A stretch of 63,481 nt of DNA, filler included, from Octopus bimaculoides (GCF_001194135.2; 9 parts of 9 records of this genome joined end to end with filler, not necessarily neighbours in it), one strand, 5' to 3'; shown: positions 26,241 to 38,879, counted from the whole stretch's first letter. The notes: generated by a model from the sequence alone, not told the origin. Numbers and translations are program-made.

Positions 26241-26403
26241 GATGGGCTTCTTTCAGTTTCCGTCTACCAAATCCACTCGTAAGGCTCTGGTCGGCCTGAG
26301 GCTATAGTAGAAGACACTTGCCCAAGATGCCACGCAGTGGGACTGAACCCGGAACCATGTGGTTGGTAAGCAAGCTACTTACCACATAGCCACTCCTGCG
26401 CTT
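25939..26403 (-). mobile_element. SINE family A, full length
   Basis: Complete head, body and tail, near-identical to 20627-21037 and 35640-36050. Confidence 0.93.
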
Positions 26404-26699
26404 ATATGCAAGAAAAAAAAAATGATGATTTGTGTGAGGGTCACGGTTGGAGCGTCTTTTATCATATTGTTTGCTGAATGAAGAATGGCCAAAGGCTAAT
26501 TAGCAACAATGGTAATAGCAACAGTGAGGATAAAGGTGTGCCAATGACAGAGTGTCTGTGTGGTCGTTTAGCTTGCTAGAAATAGTAGCCAACTCTTCCT
26601 TGAATTACACATTTATCTTGAAAAATCTGTAGCACATTGAATAATGTAGTCCAAGAAATTCCATACCCACCTGAAGAATAGGGGGTGGCAGCGACCCCT

Positions 26700-26860
26700 G
26701 TTGTACTCTTTAGCCCCAACTTTCTCTCACTCTTTCTTCCTGTTTCTTGAGTAACGCTGTGATGGACTGGCATCCCGTCCAGCTGGCGGGGAACACATAC
26801 ACCATAGAAACCGGGAAACCGGACCCATGAGCCTGGCTAGGCTTTAAAAGGGCACATAAT
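26700..26860 (+). mobile_element. SINE 3' portion related to family C
   Basis: CTGTTGTACTCTTT..CAACTTTCTCTCACTCTT shared with 34100-34140, then GATGGACTGGCATCCCGTCCAGCTGG...GGCTTTAAAAGGGC. Confidence 0.55.
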
Positions 26861-27340
26861 AAAATAATATATATATATAAATATAAATATATATATATCG
26901 GTATTCCAGCATGACCACAGCTCTGAACTGAAACTACAAAAGAAAAATATATATGTATGTATATGTGTATATATATATATTGTATATATACAATGGAAAT
27001 GACAATGGACTGAGTTGTCTGGTGATATGAAGTTCTTGAGAAAATCTGAAACCCTGCCCACATCAGTGAAACTGAGTTCTAGAAGCACTGTGTCCCACCC
27101 ACACTTAACAACCAAACTACATCTTCACATCTTTTCTCTTCTTCACATTTCCGCTTCATGTACTATGGTTACCTCCCACTCCCCAATCCTGTCCTCTTGG
27201 CCCTCTACCACAGTATCATTGCTCTCCACTTGCCACCGACCTGTGTGTTCTACCCACATGCCCTGCCTCACTCTATGTATACACACATATATATATATAT
27301 ACATATACATATATATATATATATACATATAGTGTAGAGT

Positions 27341-27545
27341 AAGCTGGCAGAATCACTAGCATGATAGGCAAAATGTGTAGCAACATTTTGTCCATCTTTA
27401 TGTTCCAAGTTCAAATTCCATTGAGGTTGAGTTTGTCTTTTGTCCTTTTGGGGTTGGTAAAATAAATATCAGTTGAACACTGGGGATGATGTAATTGACT
27501 TAGCCTCTCCGCCAAATTTGCTGACCTTGTGCCAAAATTTGAAAT
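27341..27545 (+). mobile_element. SINE family B, diverged copy
   Basis: AAGCTGGCAGAATCACTAGC head and GTTCAAATTCC..GAGGTTGA core. Confidence 0.7.
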
Positions 27546-27550
27546 CAATA

Positions 27551-27597
<47 letters not shown>

Positions 27598-27929
27598 GTG
27601 TGAGAGAAAGAGAGATGGTGGTGATGTTGGTAGTCGTGGTGATGGTTGTGGGAGTTGTGAGACTGATGGTGGTGGTGTTGGCGGTGTTGTTGACGATGAG
27701 ATGATGATGTCATTCCTTAATTGGGAGGCATATTGCTTTCCGATTGACATACAGAGAACAATTGCAAAGAGTGCAACAGCCTGCTCCCCCATCTTCTATG
27801 CTGTGAGCTAACACTCCAAAATGACACCAACACCACCACGACCACCACAATCACCATCACCGTCATCACTGCTACCACCATCACCACCACTACAACCACC
27901 ACTATAACCACCACCACCATTCAGCAGCC

Positions 27930-28800
27930 TTTCATAATGACTTTTCTAAGCCTCTTTCTTTCCAGAATCATTAAAAGCAAGTGCACCATCATCCATGTGG
28001 ATGCATTTCTCTTCTGTGACATCACAGTTTTCTCCCACACACTTTCTTGCAATCTGAAATACTTCAGTTCTTTGGTCCTCGCGTCGCTGGACATTGGCAA
28101 ACTTCTTTTCTGCTTCTCCCTTGGCTATGTATACCTGTCGCCCAGTCTCCCTTCTGGCTATCTGGTACAGTTCCCTGCTACCCCAACTCCTTCCAGGCCT
28201 GTTTCTTTGCTCTAATGGCTTTGTCTACCATATTGTTCCACCATCATGTTGCTCTAGGTCTGGAAGGGACTTTACACCATCCGCAGACTTGCACTGTGGC
28301 ACTCGGTAAACTGTCCTTTAGAAATTTCCAGCCACCCTCTATGTCTGAGGTCTGTAGCTCCTCCTCCCTCTCATCAAATTTCTTGATGAAGATGTCCCTA
28401 AATCTCTGACCATATGAAGGGTTCTTAAGCTTCCAAATCCTTCTTTTCCAGATTGGTCTGCTTATTGGCATCCTTCTGGCCTCAAGTCTAAAGTCACTAA
28501 TGACTAGTCTATGCTGGGGGGGGGGGTACATTCTTCACCCGGGAGGGTCTTTGTATTTAAGAGCAACCCTGCGTCCTGCTGTCTGGTGAGGATGAAATCA
28601 ATCTGGCAAGCAGAGTCCCCTAATTGATAAGTTATCAAGTGGCTGTCTGGTTTCCTAAAGTGAATGTTGCAGGTTAAAAGGTTACATGCATCACAGAACT
28701 CAAGTACCCTAGTTCCCTCTTCGTTTTGGGAGCCAATGATTGGCCCCCGTGTACACCAGTGAAAATACTGGAATGCCATGCAACATGTCCATGGAAAATT
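27930..28800 (-). pseudogene. RTE-clade LINE fragment (APE endonuclease C-terminus and linker)
   Basis: NEEGTRVLEFCDACNLLTCNIHFRKPDSHLITYQLGDSACQIDFILTR, then QHRLVISDFR...KRRIWKLK..GWCKVPSRPRATW; frameshift at a poly-C run. Confidence 0.9.
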
Positions 28801-29815
28801 ACTGGGGTAGTTGTGACAAATTTCTAAACAAAACGAAATGAAAGCCGGTTAAACAGGGGGGTCAGCTAAACTAGTTGCATTTGTCCGGTGGGGAGAGAGT
28901 GCAGGTAATATAGAGAACAGCATCAGTGAGGAGGGGTTGAAAGAAGAGATATCTGGTAATGGTGGTGGGAGGGGAGAGAGATAGCCGGTGTAGGTGGTGG
29001 GAAGAGATAGAGATAAAGGTATCTGGTATTGGTGAGGGGGGNNNNNNNNNNNNNNNNNNNNNNNNNNNNNNNNNNNNNNNNNNNNNNNNNNNNNNNNNNN
29101 NNNNNNNNNNNNNNNNNNNNNNNNNNNNNNNNNNNNNNNNNNNNNNNNNNNNNNNNNNNNNNNNNNNNNNNNNNNNNNNNNNNNNNNNNNNNNNNNNNNN
29201 NNNNNNNNNNNNNNNNNNNNNNNNNNNNNNNNNNNNNNNNNNNNNNNNNNNNNNNNNNNNNNNNNNNNNNNNNNNNNNNNNNNNNNNNNNNNNNNNNNNN
29301 NNNNNNNNNNNNNNNNNNNNNNNNNNNNNNNNNNNNNNNNNNNNNNNNNNNNNNNNNNNNNNNNNNNNNNNNNNNNNNNNNNNNNNNNNNNNNNNNNNNN
29401 NNNNNNNNNNNNNNNNNNNNNNNNNNNNNNNNNNNNNNNNNNNNNNNNNNNNNNNNNNNNNNNNNNNNNNNNNNNNNNNNNNNNNNNNNNNNNNNNNNNN
29501 NNNNNNNNNNNNNNNNNNNNNNNNNNNNNNNNNNNNNNNNNNNNNNNNNNNNNNNNNNNNNNNNNNNNNNNNNNNNNNNNNNNNNNNNNNNNNNNNNNNN
29601 NNNNNNNNNNNNNNNNNNNNNNNNNNNNNNNNNNNNNNNNNNNNNNNNNNNNNNNNNNNNNNNNNNNNNNNNNNNNNNNNNNNNNNNNNNNNNNNNNNNN
29701 NNNNNNNNNNNNNNNNNNNNNNNNNNNNNNNNNNNNNNNNNNNNNNNNNNNNNNNNNNNNNNNNNNNNNNNNNNNNNNNNNNNNNNNNNNNNNNNNNNNN
29801 NNNNNNNNNNNNNNN

Positions 29816-29859
<44 letters not shown>

Positions 29860-29880
29860 ATATACATAAATATATATATG

Positions 29881-30080
29881 GTAGAATTTATGAGAAAAAA
29901 CAACAACAGACGAAGACAGGTGGTGTAAACAACAAAAGGATGTATTAGTTTGACGCTTGGGAATACAGAAAGTCTTTACTGTTTCGAGCTACGCTCTTCA
30001 ACAGAAAGAATACGGAGAAAACAAGGAGAAAAACACGGAGAAAAAAAATTGAATGGTTTGGTCAGCGATCTATCATGGCA
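29881..30080 (-). repeat. GAAGAGCGTAGCTCGAAA repeat family, copy 3
   Basis: Reverse complement contains TCTTTCTGTTGAAGAGCGTAGCTCGAAACAGTAAAGAC. Confidence 0.65.
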
Positions 30081-30109
30081 TCTATATGTACATATATGTA
30101 TGTATATAT

Positions 30110-30140
<31 letters not shown>

Positions 30141-30540
30141 GCAATAATAAATCTCTGAACTAGGTATAAACAATAGCTGTACAACAATGTGAAGTATATT
30201 TGCCACTTAAGTGTGGCTAACCCTTAAGGGTGGATGCTACTGTTGCTTTTAGCCCCAGGAGAACATCTCCTCCAGCTGGCTATTGACACACTTTCTGTGC
30301 CCTGTCGGTATTTCCAAAGGGAAGTCATCTTTCCCATCGTCGATCTGACGTGATACGCATGGACCCGGGTTTCTGGGTATTTACCCTTCGTCAGCGTACG
30401 ACAATCACCGATCTTCAATGCAAAGGGCTCCCAATGCAAATACATATATCCTTTTTCCAGTGACGAAAATTCACTGATCTTAAAAAAGTGTAAACGAGCA
30501 ATGTTAAATCTCTGAATGAAGTATAAACAGTAGCATCTCT
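30141..30540 (-). mobile_element. Hammerhead-bearing non-coding retroelement (retrozyme-like), copy 2
   Basis: ~40-bp imperfect terminal redundancy (30141-30180 vs 30498-30537, period 357); colinear with copy 1 after circular permutation. Confidence 0.75.
30356..30400 (-). ncRNA. Type I hammerhead ribozyme, slightly decayed
   Basis: Minus strand reads cgtacg-CTGACGA-AGGG taaata CCCA-GAAA-CCCGGG-TC-catgcg, with one mismatch in stem I and one at the base of stem II. Confidence 0.8.
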
Positions 30541-30818
30541 GCATTCAAAAATAAATTATTATCTTATTTGTGTCTTAGGATACACATTTTGGTGCTTATA
30601 TAAAACAAATGTTAGTTTGTTTATATTTATATACAGTTGTCCCTTGACTATTGCAGGTGTTATGTTCCAGAACTTCCCACAGATATAATTAAAATCTAAA
30701 ACAATATAAATACCTATTGGCTGCAGAAACCTGTGATATACTGAGGAGTCTGCAACATAAATTTACATATATTCGCCAGGTTCAATTTTACATATATTTA
30801 CATAAATCATTTACATAT

Positions 30819-31480
30819 AGGCACAGGAGTGGCTGTGTGGTAAGTAGCTTGCTTACCAACCACATGGTTCTGGGTTCAGTCCCACTGCGTGACATCTTGG
30901 GTAAGTGTCTTCTACTATAGCCTCGGGCCGACCAAAGCCTTGTGAATGGATTAGGTAGACGGAAACTGAAAGAAGCCTGTTGTATATATGTATATATATA
31001 TATGTATGTGTGTGTGTGTGTTTGTGCTTCTGTGTTTATCCCCCTAGCATTGCTTGACAACCGATGCTGGTGTGTTTATGTCCCCGTCACTTAGTGGTTC
31101 AGCAAAAAGAGACCAATAGAATAAGTACTAGGCTTCCAAAGAANNNNNNNNNNGGGTAAGTGTCTTCTACTATAGCCTCGGGCCGACCAAAGCCTTGTGA
31201 ATGGATTAGGTAGACGGAAACTGAAAGAAGCCTGTTGTATATATGTATATATATATATGTATGTGTGTGTGTGTGTTTGTGCTTCTGTGTTTATCCCCCT
31301 AGCATTGCTTGACAACCGATGCTGGTGTGTTTATGTCCCCGTCACTTAGCGGTTCAGCAAAAAGAGACCAATAGAATAAGTACTAGGCTTCCAAAGAATA
31401 AGTCTTGGGGTCGAATTGCTCGACTAAAGGCGGTGCTCCAGCATGGCCGCAGTCAAATGACTGAAACAAGTAAAAGAGTA
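30819..31480 (+). mobile_element. SINE family A, full length (with assembly-duplicated middle)
   Basis: Head AGGCACAGGAGTGGCTGTGTGG and tail GTAAAAGAGTA; 30899-31143 is repeated exactly after a 10-N gap. Confidence 0.88.
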
Positions 31481-31661
31481 AATATATTTACATAAATTTA
31501 CATATATTAGCTAGATTCAATTTTACATAAATTATTTACATATATTTACATGAATTAGTCAGAACAAACCATGATTTACTGAATGTGTGATAGGTGGACC
31601 ACGGTGTACTGGGTACGTGATAGGTAACCTGTGATATGGCAAGGGATTTCCATACAAGTTT

Positions 31662-31915
31662 GTGTGTGTGTGTGTGTATGTATGTGTGTACGTGTATGTG
31701 TGTTTTTGTGTCTGTGCTTGTCCCCCCCATCACCACTTGACAACCAATGTTGGTGTGTTTACATCCCTGTAATTTAGTGGTTCGGCAAAAGAGACTGATA
31801 GAATAAGTACCAGGCTTTAAAAAAAATACGTACTAGGGTCAATTTATTTGACTCTGACCTTTCAATGCGGTGCTCCAGCATGGACACAGTCAAATGACTG
31901 AAACAAGTACTAGAA
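31662..31915 (+). mobile_element. SINE family A, 3' half
   Basis: GTCCCCCCCATCACCACTTGACAACC...GTGCTCCAGCATGG..GACTGAAACAAGTA. Confidence 0.8.
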
Positions 31916-32407
31916 AAAAAAGAATAAAAGTATACATGCACAAATATACGCACATACATACATACATACATATGCACACACAAATACATACATATACATG
32001 CACACACAAGCGTACATACATAAATATGCGCACTCAGAAACATGCAGACACATACACACTTACACACACACATTCACTCACATATACTCATATGCACACA
32101 AATATACACATACACACACAAATACAGACATATACATTAACATGCACACACACATGCATACACACACATACGCATATACAAATGCACACAGATACAAGCA
32201 TGCATACACAAATGCACACACAGAAACATGCAGGCACACAAACACACACACACACACATAGATACACACACAAATACACACACAGATATACATAAATACA
32301 AATGCACNNNNNNNNNNNNNNNNNNNNNNNNNNNNNNNNNNNNNNNNNNNNTTAATTAATTAANNNNNNNNNNNNNNNNNNNNNNNNNNNNNNNNNNNNN
32401 NNNNNNN

Positions 32408-32598
32408 TGGCACAAGGCCAGCAATTTCGGGTGTTGGAGTGATGTGGATTACATTAACTCCAGTATTCAATTGGTACTTATTTTATCGAACCCGAAAGGA
32501 TGAAAGGCAAAGTCGACCTCAGCGGAACTCAGAACGTAAAAACGGACGAAATGCCTCTAGGCATTTTGCACGGCGTGCTAACGATTCTGCCTGCTCTC
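32408..32598 (-). mobile_element. SINE family B, tail type 2
   Basis: CCCGAAAGGATGAAAGGCAAAGTCGACCTC core; CGTGCTAACGATTCTGCC head. Confidence 0.82.
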
Positions 32599-32802
32599 GA
32601 CATAAATTGTGAATATTGTAAATTGATTTTACCCGAGACTAACAGACAGGAGAATTTCGCATATTTCGTATCTGATATATATATTTTTTACATGGTTGGA
32701 AATTTTAAAATAGTTTAACTTAGAATTGTAAAAAATTAAACTTTTTTTTTGCAACATAAAATTCCTCTATTAATGCAGGTAAAGTTTATGTTATCTTTCA
32801 TA

Positions 32803-33215
32803 TTTGAATTGTTTCAGTCATTAGACAGCGGCCAAGCTGGGGCACTATCTTCAAGGATTTTAGTCGATCTTTTTCCCCTCAGTTCTTATTAATATTTTTG
32901 TAAAGCCTGATACTTAATCTATCGGTCTATTTTGTTGAACCGCTAATGTTACGGGAAAGTAAATACACCAACACCTGTTGTCAAGCGGTTATGGGGGACA
33001 AACACCAATTGAAAGACATACGCACGCATATATGTGTGTGTGTGTGTACACTCTCTTATTCTTTTATTTGTTTTAATCATTTGTTTGCGGCCATAGTAAA
33101 GCATCGCATTAAATGGTTTTAGTCAAACAAATCGATCTCAGGACTTATTTTATAAGCCTAGTATCTATTCTATCGGTACCTTTGCCGGCCGCTAAGTTAC
33201 GGGTGTCAATTGGTG
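32803..33215 (-). mobile_element. Two adjacent SINE family A 3' halves
   Basis: Two successive TTT(C/T)AGTCATT..GCGGCC...CTTATT.TATCGGT modules. Confidence 0.72.
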
Positions 33216-33243
33216 AATATATATACATATATATACATACATG

Positions 33244-33333
<90 letters not shown>

Positions 33334-33956
33334 TCGGGCTTCCTTGTGTTTCCGTTGGCGGAGTACGAGGAAGTGCGAGCTGCTCTTTGCGTCTTTGATC
33401 TCAGCTTTTTTTACGTCTGTTATTTTCCATGTCGTCTGTTCTTTCGATGATGACATCCCGCCAAATTTGGGAGGTCCTTGGTTATTATCTGTGAACTATT
33501 TGGATCAATAAAGCAGGGGAGGAGAGTGGCTTTGAGCTAGTAGTCTTGGAAACGGAATTTGGGGTCTCCGCGTGGTGTGGTGCCTGGGGCTTAGTCCGCT
33601 AAGAAAAGTTAACAGGAAAGCCGAGTTTACATTTTATTTAAAGGGAGATAACAATCACCAAATGTTGGTGTTTCCGTATAAGTTATGTCCCTTGGATTAT
33701 TTCTGTCCCTTTTAAATATTTCCTCCTTCGCCTTTTTCACTTCTGTCTTTCAACTCTTATGCGACCACGAGGTTTCCCTGATCCAACAGACCTATGACTC
33801 AAGATGTTTCGGCTGTGACCCCTTCTTCTTATATTAAGGTATGACGTATCTAGGACTACACTAATCTCATGTATTCTGCCTTGTTATTGCTTTGTAGCCC
33901 TCATCAATCCTCATACAGGAAATTTATACATTAGAAAATATATACTGGAAATATGT

Positions 33957-34342
33957 GGAGGCGCAATGGCCAGTGGTTAGGGCAGCGAACTCGCGGTCAT
34001 AGGATCGTGGTTTCGATTCCCAGACCGGGCGTTGTGAGTGTTTATTGAGCGAAAACACCTAAAAGCTCCACGAGGCTCCGGCAGGGGATAGTGGCGAACC
34101 CTGCTGTACTCTTTCCCCACAACTTTCTCTCACTCTTACTTCCTGCTTCTGTTATGCCTGTAATTCAAAGAGTCTGCCTTGTCACACTGTGTCACGATGA
34201 ATATCCCCCGAGAACTACGTTAAGGGTACACGTGTCTGTGGGGTGCTCAGCCATTTGCACGTTAATTTCACGAGCAGGCTGTTCCGTTGATCGGATCAAC
34301 TGGAACCCTCGACGTCGTAAGCGACGGAGTGCCAACAACAAC
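33957..34342 (+). mobile_element. SINE family C, full length, inserted in the left arm of the foldback
   Basis: A box TGGCCAGTGGT, B box GGTTTCGATTCCC, (CAA)n tail; possible TSD ACTGG(A/G)AATAT. Its 3' end recurs on the minus strand at 44905-44967 and 49975-50070. Confidence 0.88.
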
Positions 34343-34908
34343 TGGGAATATATACAGGAAATTCATCATTTCAGATGTACCAGCCGTGACCCCCACATTT
34401 TTTATTCAGACAAAGTGTATCATTATTTAATGTAAAGTAGTTAGTATTAGTGGATATCATTATTGTTGTTGTTCAGCCCCAATTCACTCCTGGGGCTAAA
34501 CAAAGAGGTTCCAGCCGTGACCTTCTCGTCTATTGCACAGACATAGTGTATCTAGGACTACATCATCTATTGTACAGTATAGTAGTTAGTATTAGAGTAT
34601 ATAGTTTTTGTTGTTGCTGTTGTATAACCCCAGGTCAGTCCTCGTCCACTCAGGCATATGATCAAAGTTGTTCCAGCTGTGATCATTTCATCTTATATTC
34701 AGTCATAGACTTTCTGGGACTACATTATCTGATGTTCAGCGTAGTAGTTAGTATTAGTGGATATGGATATTGTTGTTTAGACCTAAGGCAGCCTTGATCC
34801 AGTAGGCTTATGATCATGAATGTACTTAACCGTGACCATCACAGTTTATTTAGAGACAGCGCATCTAGTACTATATTATTTAATGTATAGTAGTTAGAAT
34901 GAGAGGGT

Positions 34909-34955
<47 letters not shown>

Positions 34956-35639
34956 TACTGCTGCTGCTGCGGTTGTTGTTGTTCTTCTTCTTCTTCTTCT
35001 TCTTCTTCTTCTTCTTCTTCTTCTTCTTCTTCTTCTTGTTTAGCCCTAGCTCGTTCCTGATCCAACAGAATCTATAATCATGGACGTATTCGTCGTGATC
35101 ATCACTTAATCTATTAGGGGACTGTGTATCTTAGACTACATTACTATGTCGACCCTTATCGTCTATTGAGTCTTAAAAGATAAAAAGACTGTCAAGTCAT
35201 GACCATCCCATCTTTTATTCAAACTCAGTATATATCTAAAGCTTAATTATCTTATTTATTAAATGCAAAATCCTGTTGTTGTTGTTGTTGTTGTAGTTGG
35301 TGGTGGTGGTGGTATTTTCGTCTCTGCCCATTCTTTATTGGGTTTTAGTGTACCCCCATGTACAAATTTCTTTTTACATAAAATAATTTCTCTCTACCCC
35401 GGAACATAAGAATAGAGAGAGAACGGAAGGCTCAGGATTTTTTTTTATTACCATGACCTCTACGTCTGTTAGATAATGTGGAGATACACTAAGTCTCAAA
35501 AACAGCTGAGATGGTCACAGCTTGAACATCGTAGGTCTGTTTCGGTCAGGAATGACCTGGGGTTAAACAACAACTACAATTATAGCCACCAATACTAACT
35601 ACTATACTATACATTAGATAATGTAGTCCTAGATAGACT

Positions 35640-36050
35640 ACTCTTTTACTCCTTTACTCTTTTACTTGTTTCAGTCATTTGACTGCGGCCATGCTGGAGC
35701 ATCGCCTTTAGTCGAGCAATTCGACCCCTAGGACTTATTCTTTGTAAGCCTAGTACTTATTCTATCGGTCTCTTTTGCCGAACCGCTAAGTTACGGGGAA
35801 GTAAACATACCAGAATCGGTTGTCAAACGATGTTGGGGGAACAAACACAGACACAAACATATACACACACATACATATATATACATATATACGACAGGCT
35901 TCTTTCAGTTTCCGTCAACCAAATCCACTCACAAGGCTTTGGTCAGCCCGAAGCTATAGTAGGAGACACTTGCACAAGATGCCACGCAGTGGAACTGAAC
36001 CCGGAACCATGTGGTTGGTAAGCAAGCTACTTACCACACAGCCACTCCTA
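35640..36050 (-). mobile_element. SINE family A, full length, inserted in the right arm of the foldback
   Basis: Complete copy that splits a subrepeat between GTCCTAGATAGACTA and CTGTGAATAAAAGACAGG. Confidence 0.92.
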
Positions 36051-37350
36051 CTGTGAATAAAAGACAGGATAGTCACAGCTGGAACATTTTTGATCATAGG
36101 TGTGTCTGGAATAGGACTGAACAGGAGCTAAAAAACAACAACAACAACAACAGCAGTTGTAGCCACTAATACTAACTATTAAACTATACATTAAATAATG
36201 TAGCCCCAGACACACTATGTCTGAATAATAGATGAGATGGTCGTGGTTGGAACATCTTTGTTTAACCCAGGGACAGACATGGGGGTGAACAACAACCACA
36301 ACAACAACAACTATATCCACTTATACTAACTACTATACTTTACATTAGATGTAGTCCTAGATACACTAAGGGTCAAAGCTGGCACATCTGAGATGATAAT
36401 TTACCTGGATCAGGGTTGACTGATGGGACTAGGAAGCAATAACGAAGCAGAATACATGGGATTAATGTAGTCCTAGATACGTCATGCGTTAATATAAGAA
36501 GAAGGATAAGTCTGCTGGATCAGGGAAACCACGTGGTCGTTAAAAGAGCGGAAAGAGAAATGTTAAAAGGTGAAGAAGGAAATTTTTTAAAAAAAGTATG
36601 AGAATTAATTCAAGGGACACAATTTAAAAGAAGACACCAACATTGGTGATTGTTATCTCCCTTTAAATAGAAGGTAACTTGCCTTTTTCGTCAACTTCTT
36701 TTTGTGGAATTGGTACTAGGCGTCATACCACTCAGATTCCGTTTCCAAGACTAACTCAAGGTCACTCTCTTCCGCTCCTCCATTGATCCAAATACCTGAA
36801 TGACAATAGCCAAAGACCGCCGAAAATGGTGGCATGCCATAGTCGAGGGAACAGACGAGATGGAAAATAACAGACGTTAAAAGGCAAGATCAGAGACGCC
36901 AAAGACGCAAAGACAAACTCGCACGTCCTTCGCCAACCCTCTTGCCATAAATTCCTCCGGCACTTCTATAGTTTCCCTGGCCTGAACAGCCACATTAGGC
37001 ACCGGCACCCTTCACCAGGATCAAGAGACTCTGTCACTTGGATACGGCGGGCATAAAAACACTTAACCACACAAAGAGACAAGCTAAAACTCCTTCCATT
37101 CATCTATAGATAAATCTTTTAACCTTTATCTTTCGCTTATTTAAGTCATTTGACCGCGACCATACTGGGGCACTGCCTCCAGGAATTTTTGTCGAATATA
37201 TCGACCCTAACACTTTCTTATCTTTTACGCCGGGTACTTATTATATAGCATTCTTTTGCCGAACCGCTAAGTTACGTAGACGTAAATACACCCACACCGG
37301 TTGTTAAAAGGGGACACCACACATCGATATATATATAAATATATATACAT

Positions 37351-37404
<54 letters not shown>

Positions 37405-38295
37405 TGTTGTGTCTGGGGAGGACACAACAGAATATGCTTCAACACACGAAGTCACATAAAGAATCTTGCAAACAAAATCCCAAAACGNNNNNNNNNNNNN
37501 NNNNNNNNNNNNNNNNNNNNNNNNNNNNNNNNNNNNNNNNNNNNNNNNNNNNNNNNNNNNNNNNNNNNNNNNNNNNNNNNNNNNNNNNNNNNNNNNNNNN
37601 NNNNNNNNNNNNNNNNNNNNNNNNNNNNNNNNNNNNNNNNNNNNNNNNNNNNNNNNNNNNNNNNNNNNNNNNNNNNNNNNNNNNNNNNNNNNNNNNNNNN
37701 NNNNNNNNNNNNNNNNNNNNNNNNNNNNNNNNNNNNNNNNNNNNNNNNNNTGTGTGTGTGTATATATGTGTATATATATGTGTATATATATATATATATG
37801 TGTGTGTCTACACACATACATACCCACCTACCTACCTACCTACCTACTTACCTACCTACCTACCTACCAACCTACCTACCTACCTACCTACTTACCTAAC
37901 TACATACATACATACATACATACATACATGCATAGAAATAATTGAGATTCAATTGAATTAGGTACTTAAGTCGAGGCACCAGGTCTGTCCAGTATTGTCC
38001 GCACAGCGGTATATATATANNNNNNNNNNNNNNNNNNNNNNNNNNNNNNNNNNNNNNNNNNNNTTAATTAATTAANNNNNNNNNNNNNNNNNNNNNNNNN
38101 NNNNNNNNNNNNNNNNNNNGGGGGGGGGGATCAATGACGTAAAGATTAACTAACTTTTTCTTGAATAACGCCTTTGATTTCTTTCACTGATGCTGTGTCA
38201 GGTATGCTAGCAATGGCTAGTCGAGAGCTGTAAAAAAAAATCAAGTAATACACAATTAAATACTAGATAACGCATACACACACACACACACATTT

Positions 38296-38437
38296 TATTA
38301 AAGCCAAAATAATTTTCACAAACTCCTACTCAGAGTTTCATGTTACAGTTCATCAGACACCATGATTACAACTGTCTGAGGAACAGTAAAGTGAAACTCT
38401 GAGTAACAGTTTGTGAAGAGTTTTCGGCTTTAATGAA
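38296..38437. repeat. Short inverted repeat (~65-bp arms) made of two head-to-head hammerhead units
   Basis: 38296-38359 is the reverse complement of 38373-38437, with a 13-nt spacer. Confidence 0.8.
38370..38411 (+). ncRNA. Minimal type I hammerhead ribozyme
   Basis: aactgt-CTGAGGA-AC agtaaa GT-GAAA-CTCTGAG-TA-acagtt. Stem I is a perfect 6 bp, stem II 2 bp, stem III ACTC(T)GAGT self-complementary; predicted GUA cleavage after A38405. Confidence 0.8.
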
Positions 38438-38580
38438 AAGCATATTACTCTACCTTTGGTATTCAAGTATTATTTTTTCCACCTTGTTTTGCATTTATGT
38501 GCTTACTTGTATGTATGTATGCATGTATGTATGTATGTACGCATGTACATATGAATGTATGTATGTGTGTGTGTATGTAC

Positions 38581-38613
<33 letters not shown>

Positions 38614-38879
38614 CACATACACATACAGTAAAAGCGGATAGCTAAATAAGTATAGAGATAGAATGATAAGTAAGCATATAGGTTGGGAGATAGATAAATA
38701 AATAAATAGATAAATAGATAGAAAGACAGACAAAATGTCAGAGAGAGAGAGAAAGAGACAGACAGACAGACAGACAAACAAGCAGGCAGGCAAACAGACA
38801 GGCAGATAGACAGTCAGACAGACATAAATAAAAAGATAGCTAAATAGACAGAAAGATAGATAGATAGATATGTTGTTTA

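Larger units (their letters stand above)
33354..36937. mobile_element. 3.6-kb imperfect inverted-repeat (foldback-like) structure with modular arms
   Basis: 33413-33430 is the exact reverse complement of 36860-36877, and 33635-33671 nearly so of 36634-36669. The inner parts are tandem ~125-150-bp subrepeats pointing toward a centre at ~35260-35460. Confidence 0.75.

Noticed and set aside
30899-31398. Exact 245-bp tandem duplication around a 10-N gap (similarly 51388-51507)
   Set aside because: Identical overlap on both sides of a minimal gap is typical of unmerged contig ends.
33957-34030. tRNA-like sequences with A and B boxes (also the heads of SINE families A, B and D)
   Set aside because: They continue into multi-copy SINE bodies and lack a complete cloverleaf, so they are not tRNA genes.
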